DNA of 52,274 nt, taken from the NCBI GenBank assembly GCA_018304385.1, contig JAGVWJ010000012.1:1-52274 (forward strand), read 5' to 3'. The stretch is from Candidatus Micrarchaeota archaeon. GTDB lineage: Archaea > Micrarchaeota > Micrarchaeia > Anstonellales > Bilamarchaeaceae. The notes beneath the pieces are model-generated. The model was not told the origin of the DNA. It ran no database searches and worked only from the letters and a program-made list of their open reading frames with translations. Shown piece after piece: positions 28,224-38,081 of this stretch (its first letter is position 1; each line of letters opens with the position of its first letter). Position numbers and translations under genes: made by a program.

Positions 28224-29432
28224 ATGAAAATCGCATTTGTTGAGTATTTCTTGAATCTGCAGCTGGAAGGAGGCTCGATGTTTAGCCTCGACCTTTATGC
28301 AAAAGAGCTGACTAAGCGAGGCCATGATATTTCTGTAATAACTATAATTTCAAGCAAGAATGATTTAGGCGAAAGCGAGAAAAAACCTTATAGGATGATT
28401 GAGGAAAACATTGATAACTCAAACCCGATAAAAACCGATCATGAAGCACAAGGTATTCTTAAAAAATACGAAGACCAGTTTGACGTTTACCATGTTCATA
28501 ATCCGTGGCTGCTTACTGCTGCTGCAGCATATAGAAAAAATGGCGGAAACACACCTGTTGTTGTAGATATGAACACGTATATGTTCTGCACAAATTTTGC
28601 ATTAATGGATGGTAACTGTCATAAAAATTGCAGAACATACGAGCGGGTAATGCACTCTGACCTGCCATTCTTAAAAAAAATTATGTCGATCCCTATTCGA
28701 GCTTATCAGCAGAAAGGGCTGGAACTAACCAAAAAATACATTGACATGTACTTCCCAGTAAGTCCATTTGCGGAGAAAATTTTCACAGAATACGGTTTAG
28801 ATGCTGGAAAAATGATGATGATTCCGGATGGATTCGATTTCAGCGTATTTAAATCAAGACCAAAGGCTACAGATCAAAAGTTAAGGGTCTTCAACATAGT
28901 TTCTGCCTCACGTTTTGATTACACGAAAGGGGTTGATATTGTTATAAAAGCAGTTGCTGAACTTAAGAAAAGAGGAATTAACATCATACTACATCATGTT
29001 GGGAATGATGGAAATCAGAAAGAAAAAATAATAGATTTAATAAAGACACTCAAAATAAAGAATAACATAATATTGCACGGCCATGTAAGGCTAAAAGAAC
29101 TGTTAGAAATCTATGCTAACGCCAAACTTTTTGTCCATCCAGCAAGATGGTTTGAGACATTTGGGCGCACAGTTGTGGAAGCAATGGCAATGAGCCTGCC
29201 AGTCGTTGTATCAGATAAGGGCGCTCTCGTATGGGTTGCTGATGGAGCTGGTTTGGTTTTTGAATCTGGCAACCACGTTGATCTGGCAGATAAAATAGAG
29301 AAGATTTATTCCGATGAGAATCTTCAATCAGAACTATCTAAGAAAGCGCTTAAAAGAGCCAAGGATTTTGACGTAAGCAAAACAATTTCTGGATTTATAA
29401 AAGCTTATAATAAGTTGGTTCAGAATATATAA
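28224..29432 (+). CDS. GT4 family glycosyltransferase
   Basis: RFDYTKG and ETFGRTVVEAMA motifs. Confidence 0.92.
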   Translation: MKIAFVEYFLNLQLEGGSMFSLDLYAKELTKRGHDISVITIISSKNDLGESEKKPYRMIEENIDNSNPIKTDHEAQGILKKYEDQFDVYHVHNPWLLTAAAAYRKNGGNTPVVVDMNTYMFCTNFALMDGNCHKNCRTYERVMHSDLPFLKKIMSIPIRAYQQKGLELTKKYIDMYFPVSPFAEKIFTEYGLDAGKMMMIPDGFDFSVFKSRPKATDQKLRVFNIVSASRFDYTKGVDIVIKAVAELKKRGINIILHHVGNDGNQKEKIIDLIKTLKIKNNIILHGHVRLKELLEIYANAKLFVHPARWFETFGRTVVEAMAMSLPVVVSDKGALVWVADGAGLVFESGNHVDLADKIEKIYSDENLQSELSKKALKRAKDFDVSKTISGFIKAYNKLVQNI

Positions 29433-29442
29433 TAGGATAAAC

Positions 29443-29991
29443 ATGGATTACCTTAAAGAACTTCAAGTGGTGCTACAAAGCATAAGCGAAAAAGATATAG
29501 TAAAGTTAGCGGACATAATAAATAACACTCTAAAAAACAATCGCGCTGTTTATATTTTCGGTAATGGGGATAGCGCAACAAATGCATTTCATTTTGCAGC
29601 AGATCTATCAAAGACTGCCGTCATGTATAAAAAAAGGTTGAAGATAATCTGCCTTAATGAAAATATGCCCCTGATTACCGCATGGGCCAATGATGAGAAC
29701 TATGAATCGATTTACTCAAGACAATTGGAAAATTTTCTGGAGAAGGATGATTTGGTTATAGGAATAAGTACTAGCGGCAACTCTCCAAATGTCGTTAGAG
29801 CATTGGAATTCTCAAATAAAAATGGTGCTACAACAGTTGCATTAACCGCTTTTGAAGGAGGCAAGGTAAAAAATATTGTAAAGCACTGTTTTATTACAAG
29901 AACAAACAACGTTGAAATAGCTGAAGATATTCATTTTATAATAGGGCATATGTTAAAATACCAACTTATAGAAAAATGGACTGAAGAATGA
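29443..29991 (+). CDS. SIS-domain phosphoheptose isomerase (GmhA-like, variant motif GNGDS)
   Basis: FGNGDSATNAFHFAADL, ISTSGNSPNV and EDIH motifs; directly upstream of hddA. Confidence 0.85.
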   Translation: MDYLKELQVVLQSISEKDIVKLADIINNTLKNNRAVYIFGNGDSATNAFHFAADLSKTAVMYKKRLKIICLNENMPLITAWANDENYESIYSRQLENFLEKDDLVIGISTSGNSPNVVRALEFSNKNGATTVALTAFEGGKVKNIVKHCFITRTNNVEIAEDIHFIIGHMLKYQLIEKWTEE

Positions 29992-29996
29992 TATAA

Positions 29997-30974
29997 ATGA
30001 TTTTATCTAGAACTCCTTTACGCGTTTCCTTTTTTGGTGGCGGGACGGATTTTGAGGATTATTATAAACTTGACCATGGATGCGTCCTAACCAGCACCAT
30101 TGACAAGTATATATATCTGATGGTAAATAGAAAATTCGACAGGACTATCCAGCTCAATTACAAAATAACGGAGATTGTCAGTTCGATTGATGAGATAAGA
30201 CATCCGACCATAAGGGAAGGTATGCGACTGGTTGGCATAAACAAGGAATTCGAGCTTAGCGCAATTGCAGATGTACCTGCTCATGGAACTGGCCTTGGCT
30301 CATCCAGCAGTTTCATAGTGGGGGCGCTTAATGCAATGCACACCTATAAGAAAGAAAATGTAGATGCTGAACAGCTTGCCACAGAGGCATGCAAGATAGA
30401 AATTGATGTTTTGAAGGAGCCAATAGGAAAGCAGGACCAGTACATTGCTGCATATGGCGGATTTAGGTTTATCCGGTTCAGCAGGGACGGAACTGTAACA
30501 GTAACCAAAATAAATGCATCTGAAGAAACAATAGGCAGATTATACAAAAAACTAATGTTTTTTTATACAGGTGGCGGCCGAAAGGCCAGTGATATATTAA
30601 CTACTCAAAAGCGAAATATAAAAGATAAAATCGAAACACTTAATAAAATGCGTCAGATAGCTAATAAAATGCATAAACAGCTTGATAATAAAGTAATTGA
30701 CGGATTCGGCGAAGCCTTAAATGATTCCTGGAAATTAAAACGATCCCTTGCGGATAAGATCAGCAACGATATTATAGACGCATATTATGAAAAAGCTATG
30801 ATGGCCGGCGCAAGCGGTGGAAAGATTTTAGGCGCAGGTGGCAGCGGATTTCTCATGTTTTATTGTGAAGAAGAAAAGCAATCCGTAGTACGCAAGGCAT
30901 TAAGCAATTTAAGAGAAGTGTGTTTTAAATTCGAGGAAGAAGGAACTAAAATAATATATAATGACACAGGATAA
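29997..30974 (+). CDS. hddA: D-glycero-alpha-D-manno-heptose 7-phosphate kinase (GHMP family)
   Basis: RTPLRVSFFGGGTD, GTGLGSSSS, GKQDQY and GGKILGAGGSG motifs. Confidence 0.9.
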   Translation: MILSRTPLRVSFFGGGTDFEDYYKLDHGCVLTSTIDKYIYLMVNRKFDRTIQLNYKITEIVSSIDEIRHPTIREGMRLVGINKEFELSAIADVPAHGTGLGSSSSFIVGALNAMHTYKKENVDAEQLATEACKIEIDVLKEPIGKQDQYIAAYGGFRFIRFSRDGTVTVTKINASEETIGRLYKKLMFFYTGGGRKASDILTTQKRNIKDKIETLNKMRQIANKMHKQLDNKVIDGFGEALNDSWKLKRSLADKISNDIIDAYYEKAMMAGASGGKILGAGGSGFLMFYCEEEKQSVVRKALSNLREVCFKFEEEGTKIIYNDTG

Positions 30975-30990
30975 CAAGAGGGGGGCAAAG

Positions 30991-31773
30991 ATGGTATTGA
31001 ATAAAATAAAAAGGGGCATTGACCTGGCCAATATTATAAAAAACTGGCCTGGGCTTTTCATATCAACATTGGATAAAAAAAGAAAACTGTTCGAACTGAA
31101 ACTTAGGAACGGGCTAAAATTCAGGATAAGAACTGGATATTCTTCAGACCACAATATATTCAGGGAAGTATTCATAGAAAAGATATACACTCCAGATAGT
31201 TTACCATTAGGTGATGGCACGGTTATTGATGTAGGGGCGCATATCGGGTTTTTCTCCATAATGGCATCACAAAAGGCAAAGGAAGTAATTGCTGTAGAAC
31301 CTACTGATTCTAATGGAAAGCTGCTTGAAGAGAATATCCTACTGAATAACAAAAAAAACATAACAGTAGTCAGAAAGGCGCTTGGTAAAGGAAAGGAAAA
31401 AAGAAAGATGTATATAAATAAAACTGCTTATCACACCGGATTGCACAGTTTCTACAAAAGCATCGCCAGCCAGGAATTTGAAAAAGACCTGGAAGAAATA
31501 GAAACAACATCGATTGGAATAGACCAGCTTTTCAAGGATTATAATATAAAAAGCTGTGAATTTCTGAAGATGGATTGTGAAGGCGCTGAGTATGATATAC
31601 TTCTAAATGCATCAGATAAAACGCTTGGAAAAATCAAAAAAATTGCAATATCCACGCATGATGTTGAAAAATACAATGGACAGATCCTGGCGGATTTCCT
31701 TGTCAAAAAAGGCTTTAAGGTATGGTTTGCACCTGGTGGCCACCCGCTTTATGCGAAAAATAAGAATATATAG
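30991..31773 (+). CDS. FkbM family methyltransferase
   Basis: VIDVGAHIG, AVEP and LKMDCEGAEY motifs. Confidence 0.9.
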   Translation: MVLNKIKRGIDLANIIKNWPGLFISTLDKKRKLFELKLRNGLKFRIRTGYSSDHNIFREVFIEKIYTPDSLPLGDGTVIDVGAHIGFFSIMASQKAKEVIAVEPTDSNGKLLEENILLNNKKNITVVRKALGKGKEKRKMYINKTAYHTGLHSFYKSIASQEFEKDLEEIETTSIGIDQLFKDYNIKSCEFLKMDCEGAEYDILLNASDKTLGKIKKIAISTHDVEKYNGQILADFLVKKGFKVWFAPGGHPLYAKNKNI

Positions 31774-31787
31774 AAAAAAGATGGTAT

Positions 31788-32741
31788 ATGATGCCTTTTG
31801 AATCCAAAAATATCATTGTAACCGGTGGTGCAGGCTTCATAGGCAGCCACATTGTCGATAGGTTATTGGCGCAAAAAGCAAATGTGACTGTAATCGACAA
31901 TATGCACACTGGACAGCAGAAGGTTGTTGAGGGACACAGGAAAAACAAAAACTATAAACTTGCTAGAGTGGATATTTTCAAAGAGCCTGCTCTTTTGATA
32001 AAGGAGATGAAAAACATTGATTTCGTTTTTCATGCTGCTGCAAACGCAGACATACGCAATGGAATAAAAAATACACGCGTTGATTTGGAACAAAATACAA
32101 TCGCAACATGCAATGTCCTGGAGGCAATGCGCCTAAATGACGTAAAGGGTATTTGTTTTACCTCTTCTGCAGCAGTCTATGGCGAGCAGAAGTCAATACC
32201 AACACCAGAAGATACGCCAAAAGTACAAAACTCGCTTTACGGCGCGAGCAAACTTGCATGCGAGGCATTGATAGAGGCATTTTCATTTTATTATGGCTTT
32301 AGACATTATATGTATAGGTTCGTATCCATAGTTGGCGAACGCTACCCGCATGGCGTGGTGATAGATTTTGTAAATAAACTAAAAAAAGATCCGAAAAAAC
32401 TCGAGATACTTGGAAATGGAAGGCAAAAAAAGTCTTTCCTTTATATAAATGACTGTATAAAGGGCATATTCACTGGCATCGAAAGATCAAAGAATCAAAA
32501 TAATGTATTCAATCTTGGCCATGATAATGTTATATTAATCGATAAAGTAGCGGATTTAGTTATAAACGGGATGGGGCTGGAAAAAGTCGAACGATATTAT
32601 ACTGGTGGTGAAGTGGGCTGGCTTGGAGACCAGCCAATGGTACTTCTATCAACTGAACGAATAAAAGCGCTTGGATGGAAGCCCGAAATAAGCATTGAAG
32701 ATGGAATAAGAAGAACTGTTAAATTTTTGCTGGAAAAATGA
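31788..32741 (+). CDS. NAD-dependent epimerase/dehydratase
   Basis: [15 protein letters not shown] and SLYGASK motifs. Confidence 0.9.
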   Translation: MMPFESKNIIVTGGAGFIGSHIVDRLLAQKANVTVIDNMHTGQQKVVEGHRKNKNYKLARVDIFKEPALLIKEMKNIDFVFHAAANADIRNGIKNTRVDLEQNTIATCNVLEAMRLNDVKGICFTSSAAVYGEQKSIPTPEDTPKVQNSLYGASKLACEALIEAFSFYYGFRHYMYRFVSIVGERYPHGVVIDFVNKLKKDPKKLEILGNGRQKKSFLYINDCIKGIFTGIERSKNQNNVFNLGHDNVILIDKVADLVINGMGLEKVERYYTGGEVGWLGDQPMVLLSTERIKALGWKPEISIEDGIRRTVKFLLEK

Positions 32742-32753
32742 TGAGGGGAAAAA

Positions 32754-33782
32754 ATGAAAATTCTTATTACTGGCGGTGCTGGTTTGGTAGGAAGTGAATG
32801 CTGCAAACTATTCGCCAGCGACGGCTGGGGGGTAATCAGTATTGACAATTACACGAGAGGAAAACTTTTCGGTAAAGAAAGCGAAACAAGCACGACTATG
32901 ATGGACCTAAGAAAGAAGTATTCCATAGAGCATCATGAGATAGATATAAGGGATGAAAAAATTATAGAAGTAGTTAAAAAAGTTGATGCGGTCATACATA
33001 CTGCGGCACAACCGAGCCACCCAAAATCAATCGAAATACCAATGGAGGACTTCCAAATAAACGCATACGGAACGCTTTTTCTTCTTGAGGCGGTGAGGAA
33101 ATATAATAAAGAGATTCCTTTTGTTTTTTGTAGTACTAATAAGGTTTACGGCGAGGCGCCAAACTATTTTTCTTATAAAAAAATTGGAAAACGATTTGAA
33201 CCAATCGACCCAACCTTAAAGGATGGTTTTGATGAAAGCCTGCGCATAGACCAAATGATGCATACGCCTTTCGGTGTTTCAAAGGCTGCCGCTGACTTAT
33301 ACTGCCAGGAATATGCGCACCTCTATGGATTGAAAACTGGGATTTTCAGAATGGGCTGCATAACAGGTGGAGCTGCAAAGGCCGCAGAAATGCACAACTG
33401 GGAACCGTTTTTCATCAAAAAGGCACTTACTGGTGAGGAATTAACAATTTTTGGGCATGCAGGTTATCAGGTTCGGGATGTTATACATGCTGCAGATCTG
33501 GCAAAATTATTCTTCGAATTTATTAAGAAACCAAGAGCAGGAGAGGTATATAACATCGGCGGTGCAAGAAAAAATTCCATCTCGCTAATAGAAGCAATCG
33601 ATCTTATTGAGGATATCACCAACAAAAAAATAAAATATAAAATGGGCCCGGAAAGAGAGGCTGATCATATATGGTGGATATCCAACATAAACAAGGCGCG
33701 CGATCATTATCCAGCTTGGAACATAAGAATTGGATTAAAAGAAGTCTTTGAAGATATTTATAAAGCACTTGGAAAAAAATAG
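32754..33782 (+). CDS. NAD-dependent epimerase (CDP-paratose 2-epimerase-like)
   Basis: AAQPSH, STNKVYG, HTPFGVSK and FRMGCITG motifs. Confidence 0.8.
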   Translation: MKILITGGAGLVGSECCKLFASDGWGVISIDNYTRGKLFGKESETSTTMMDLRKKYSIEHHEIDIRDEKIIEVVKKVDAVIHTAAQPSHPKSIEIPMEDFQINAYGTLFLLEAVRKYNKEIPFVFCSTNKVYGEAPNYFSYKKIGKRFEPIDPTLKDGFDESLRIDQMMHTPFGVSKAAADLYCQEYAHLYGLKTGIFRMGCITGGAAKAAEMHNWEPFFIKKALTGEELTIFGHAGYQVRDVIHAADLAKLFFEFIKKPRAGEVYNIGGARKNSISLIEAIDLIEDITNKKIKYKMGPEREADHIWWISNINKARDHYPAWNIRIGLKEVFEDIYKALGKK

Positions 33783-33795
33783 TTTTTGGGAGAAC

Positions 33796-34980
33796 ATGTG
33801 GCAGAACTATAAAGTATTTTTATACTCTTCAACAAATCTGCATAATACGCATAAGCATATGCTTACTAACCCGCCAAAAGGCTGTGAATATAAAACCAAG
33901 GAATATGCAGCAATACCAATGGCACAAGCCAAAAATAGCAGGGTAATGGAGTTATTCGAACGAATCCGCTGGTCAGTCTCGCCACATTATAACGATCTTT
34001 TGGTCAAGATAGGAAGACCAAAAATAAGAAAATTCAGCAGCAATGATTATGAGGCCGTGCACAGCGCGCAGTCGCTCCTGAAAACAAACATACCTTATGT
34101 AATGGATTTTGAGCATGCTGCTGTATTTTCCGGATACAACCAGGCGGCGTTTAATAATCCGGCATTCCTAAAAAACCTGAAAAAAATACTTGAAAATAGA
34201 AGATTGAAAAAACTCTTGCCCTGGACAAATGCTGCAAAGGCAAGCTTGTTAAATTTCTTGAAATCAGAAGAAATAGGAAAAAAAATAGAAGTTGTCTATC
34301 CGGTGATAACGCCACCTGAAAAAATCAAAAAGAAAAATGATAACGTAATAAAATTTTTATTTATAGGTGGAAATTTCTACGAGAAAGGAGGAATAGAAAC
34401 ACTGATGGCGTTTGATAAGATAGGTCGCAAGTACGATATAGAATTAACCATGGTTTCTTCAGTACCAGAACGCATAAAAAACCTATTTGAAAAAAATAAA
34501 AAGATAAAAATAAAAGATCGCATACCATACGAAGAAGCGAAAAAACTTTATGAACAATCACATATTTTCGTTCTGCCAACACATATGGATACGTTTGGTT
34601 TTGTAATTCCGGAAGCCCTTTCGTACGGCCTGCCAGTAATTGCAGAAGACAGTTTTTCCAGACCTGAACTCGTTGCACACGAGAAAAGCGGCCTGCTGAT
34701 AAAATCTTATTACTCCTGTTTTGATGTAAAAGGAAACTATATCTATCCAACTAACATAGAACTACATAGAAATAGATTAATGGCATGCATGAACCCTCCA
34801 AAAAAATACGTTGCACAGCTTGTCAAGTCAATGGAAAGGTTCATATTGGATAGCAGACTAAGAAACAAATGCTCAGAAAATGCAAGGAAGGAAACCACTG
34901 AAGGTAAATTTAGCCCAAGGGTTTGGAAAGAAAAAATTGGGAGGATATATAGAGAAGCAATAAACAATAGAGAGTTGTAG
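33796..34980 (+). CDS. GT4 family glycosyltransferase
   Basis: FYEKGG and DTFGFVIPEALSYG motifs. Confidence 0.9.
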   Translation: MWQNYKVFLYSSTNLHNTHKHMLTNPPKGCEYKTKEYAAIPMAQAKNSRVMELFERIRWSVSPHYNDLLVKIGRPKIRKFSSNDYEAVHSAQSLLKTNIPYVMDFEHAAVFSGYNQAAFNNPAFLKNLKKILENRRLKKLLPWTNAAKASLLNFLKSEEIGKKIEVVYPVITPPEKIKKKNDNVIKFLFIGGNFYEKGGIETLMAFDKIGRKYDIELTMVSSVPERIKNLFEKNKKIKIKDRIPYEEAKKLYEQSHIFVLPTHMDTFGFVIPEALSYGLPVIAEDSFSRPELVAHEKSGLLIKSYYSCFDVKGNYIYPTNIELHRNRLMACMNPPKKYVAQLVKSMERFILDSRLRNKCSENARKETTEGKFSPRVWKEKIGRIYREAINNREL

Positions 34981-34984
34981 CGAC

Positions 34985-35860
34985 ATGGTAAAAAATTTAC
35001 TTAGAAGATTGTATGGCAAGGCATACAGCATAGTCGGTAACAGGAAACTCACAAAAACATTTCCTTTCCTTATGACCATACACTGCTATATAATGAATAA
35101 ATTAAAACCTAGTAAAAATGTTATAGATGTAGATGGACTCAAAATGCTCCTGCATAGAGAAAAATCAGCTACCTCTGCAGCTTTATCTGTTCTTGGGATT
35201 GTAGAACCATTAACGATGGATACGATAAAAATAAATGTAAAGAGGGGGGATATTGCACTTGACCTTGGTGCTAATATAGGGTACCATACATTAATATTAT
35301 CAAAACTCGTTGGGAAAACTGGTAAGGTTTTTGCATTTGAGCCTGCTCCAGAAAATGCTGCACTCATAAGGGAAAATATCAAAATTAATAATATCAAAAA
35401 TGTCGTAGTGATTGAAATGGCAGTATCTGATAAAAAACAAAAAAGCAGGCTGTACTTAGATTATAATCAGGATTCGCACAGTTTATACAAAAACAAAAAT
35501 TCAAAGTATATAGAAATAGAAACTACGACACTTGATGACTTTTTTGAGAATTATAATGGCAAAATCAACTTTATCAAGATGGATGTTCAGGGGGCAGAGT
35601 ATAAAGTATTGAAAGGAGGTTACAAAACTATTCAGAAAAATAAAAAAATTAAGATTATTGCAGAATACGAACCTGTCTTGCTAAAAGCAGCTGGTATAGA
35701 TCCGATAGAATTTCTAAGATTTATAAAAAGAGCTAATTTTGTGATATATAATATTAATCAGGCTGAAAGGAATTTGGAGGAATTAAAAGAGGATAAGTTT
35801 GAAAGATTTACAAGGACTTTGAGTGAAACTGAGAACACAAACTTATTTCTTGTGAGGTAA
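34985..35860 (+). CDS. FkbM family methyltransferase
   Basis: LDLGANIGY, AFEP and IKMDVQGAE motifs. Confidence 0.92.
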   Translation: MVKNLLRRLYGKAYSIVGNRKLTKTFPFLMTIHCYIMNKLKPSKNVIDVDGLKMLLHREKSATSAALSVLGIVEPLTMDTIKINVKRGDIALDLGANIGYHTLILSKLVGKTGKVFAFEPAPENAALIRENIKINNIKNVVVIEMAVSDKKQKSRLYLDYNQDSHSLYKNKNSKYIEIETTTLDDFFENYNGKINFIKMDVQGAEYKVLKGGYKTIQKNKKIKIIAEYEPVLLKAAGIDPIEFLRFIKRANFVIYNINQAERNLEELKEDKFERFTRTLSETENTNLFLVR

Positions 35861-35864
35861 AGAT

Positions 35865-36803
35865 ATGAAACTACTCATCACAGGCATCGCTGGTTTTATT
35901 GGCTCAAGCATTGCTTTAGAGGCAGTTAGGAACAACGAAATTAGTAGTATTATGGGTATTGATGATTTTTCCACCGGAAACACACAAAACATTGATAAAA
36001 TAAAAACCAGGATCAAATTCCATAAAACAAGCATTCTCGAACTTGAAAAATTAAGAGAGAGATTCAAAGATATTGACTATGTTTTGCACCAAGCAGCAAT
36101 ACCAAGCGTACCACGCTCAATTAAAGATCCGATTGGAACGAGCAGAGTAAACGTAATTGGAACGCTTAATGTCCTAATAGCTGCACGAGACGCAGGTGTA
36201 AAACGTGTAATTTTAGCATCTTCAAGCTCGGTTTATGGAGATACTCCGAACTTGCCAAAACATGAAAACATGCAACCATGCCCACTCTCGCCATATGCAG
36301 TAAGCAAATTAACAAATGAAATCCACGCTAGACAGTTTTATGAACTTTATGGATTGGAAACTATTTGCTTGCGCTATTTTAATGTGTTCGGTCCAAACCA
36401 AGATCCTAAAAGCGAATATGCGGCAGTAATCCCAAAATTCATAAATAGGATACTTAATAACGAAAAGCCAACAATTTGTGGTGATGGAACCCAAAGCAGG
36501 GACTTTACTTATGCGAAAGACGCAGTAAATGCGAATCTGCTTGCAATTAAAGCGCCAAAAACCGCTTGCGGGAAGGCATTTAACATTGCTGGTGGAAAAC
36601 AAATAACAATCAATGACTTAGCTAAAACGCTAAACAAACTAATGGATAAGAAAATAGAGCCGGTTTATGATAAGCCAAGGGCAGGAGATATAAAACATTC
36701 TTATGCAAATATTTCACTTGCTAAAGAATTCTTAGATTATATGCCTAAATATGGGTTCGAAGAAGGGTTGAAAGAAACAATAGACTATTTTAAAAAAGGT
36801 TAA
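35865..36803 (+). CDS. UDP-GlcNAc(A) 4-epimerase-like SDR (WbpP/TviC-like)
   Basis: HQAAIPSVPRS, SPYAVSK and YAAVIPKF motifs. Confidence 0.88.
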   Translation: MKLLITGIAGFIGSSIALEAVRNNEISSIMGIDDFSTGNTQNIDKIKTRIKFHKTSILELEKLRERFKDIDYVLHQAAIPSVPRSIKDPIGTSRVNVIGTLNVLIAARDAGVKRVILASSSSVYGDTPNLPKHENMQPCPLSPYAVSKLTNEIHARQFYELYGLETICLRYFNVFGPNQDPKSEYAAVIPKFINRILNNEKPTICGDGTQSRDFTYAKDAVNANLLAIKAPKTACGKAFNIAGGKQITINDLAKTLNKLMDKKIEPVYDKPRAGDIKHSYANISLAKEFLDYMPKYGFEEGLKETIDYFKKG

Positions 36804-36806
36804 AAT

Positions 36807-38045
36807 ATGCCAAGAATATTAGTAGTTGTCGGTTTAGGATATGTTGGATTACCTCTTGCAATTAAATTCGCTAAACATTTTTCTATTATCGGTTATGATA
36901 TAAACAAAGATCGCATTGTGGAATTACAAAAAGGATTTGACAAGAATAACGATGTAACTAATAGCGAATTTAAAGAAGTTTCAAAAAATATTAATTTCAC
37001 AACTGACGCAAAGGAAATCGCAAAAGGCGATATTGTCATTATCTCAGTTCCAACTCCGCTCAAACCAAATAATAATCCTGATTTAAGCTATTTGGAGAGC
37101 GCTTCAAAAACAGTTGGTAAGCATATGAAAAAAGGTGCGCTAATTATTTATGAATCAACCGTTTATCCAGGATGCACAGAAGAATTCTGTCTGCCGATTC
37201 TTGAAAAAGAAAGTAAAATGAAATTAAGGGAATTTTATTTAGGATACTCTCCAGAGCGCATGAATCCAGGCGATAAAGAACATACTGTTGATAAAATTAC
37301 AAAATTAATATCTGCTTCGCATCCCGAAGCGCTTGAAAAAATGAAGGAAATTTATAGTAAAATCACAAAAACTTATGCTATGTCAAATATAAAAGCTGCA
37401 GAGGCTGCAAAAATTATTGAAAACGTGCAGCGTGATATAAATATGGCACTATTCAACGAGCTGAGCATGCTTTTTGACAAACTTGGATTGGATAGTGAAG
37501 AAGTGTTCGCAGGCGCTGCAACTAAATGGAATTTTATTAAATTTAGACCAGGTTTGGTTGGTGGTTATTGTATTCCGGTTAATCCACATTATCTAGCTTA
37601 TAAGGCAGCACTGATAGGTTTTCATCCAGAGCTTATCCTCGCAGGTAGAAAAACAAATGAAAACATGCCGATTTTTATCGCGAAAAAAGCAGTACAGGTG
37701 GTTGGGAAGAGCGCAAAAACACTTATCTTGGGAGCTTCTTATAAAGAAAATGTTGCGGAGCTGCGAAGCAGCAGGGTGAAAAATCTAGTCGAAGCACTGC
37801 AAAAGGAAGGTGCAAAATCTATCTCGATTTACGATCCAATTATTAAAGAGGATAGTATTTTTGGATTGAAAAATGAGGAACCAAGAGAAAAATTTGACTT
37901 AATTATTTATGCGGTTGCACACGATGCTTTTGGTAAAATGGATTACAGCTCATGGTTTAGTGCCCATGGCTACGTAATCGATATCCCAAAAAAACTAGAT
38001 CGCAGGACATTAGAAAAACAGGGGTTTCGGTACTGGGCACCATAA
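36807..38045 (+). CDS. UDP-N-acetylhexosamine 6-dehydrogenase (WbpO/TviB-like)
   Basis: GLGYVGLPLA, ESTVYPG, YSPER and GGYCIPVNP motifs. Confidence 0.9.
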   Translation: MPRILVVVGLGYVGLPLAIKFAKHFSIIGYDINKDRIVELQKGFDKNNDVTNSEFKEVSKNINFTTDAKEIAKGDIVIISVPTPLKPNNNPDLSYLESASKTVGKHMKKGALIIYESTVYPGCTEEFCLPILEKESKMKLREFYLGYSPERMNPGDKEHTVDKITKLISASHPEALEKMKEIYSKITKTYAMSNIKAAEAAKIIENVQRDINMALFNELSMLFDKLGLDSEEVFAGAATKWNFIKFRPGLVGGYCIPVNPHYLAYKAALIGFHPELILAGRKTNENMPIFIAKKAVQVVGKSAKTLILGASYKENVAELRSSRVKNLVEALQKEGAKSISIYDPIIKEDSIFGLKNEEPREKFDLIIYAVAHDAFGKMDYSSWFSAHGYVIDIPKKLDRRTLEKQGFRYWAP

Positions 38046-38081
38046 AACAGTAAGCTGATATTTCCAGTTCCAAGTTTTTAG

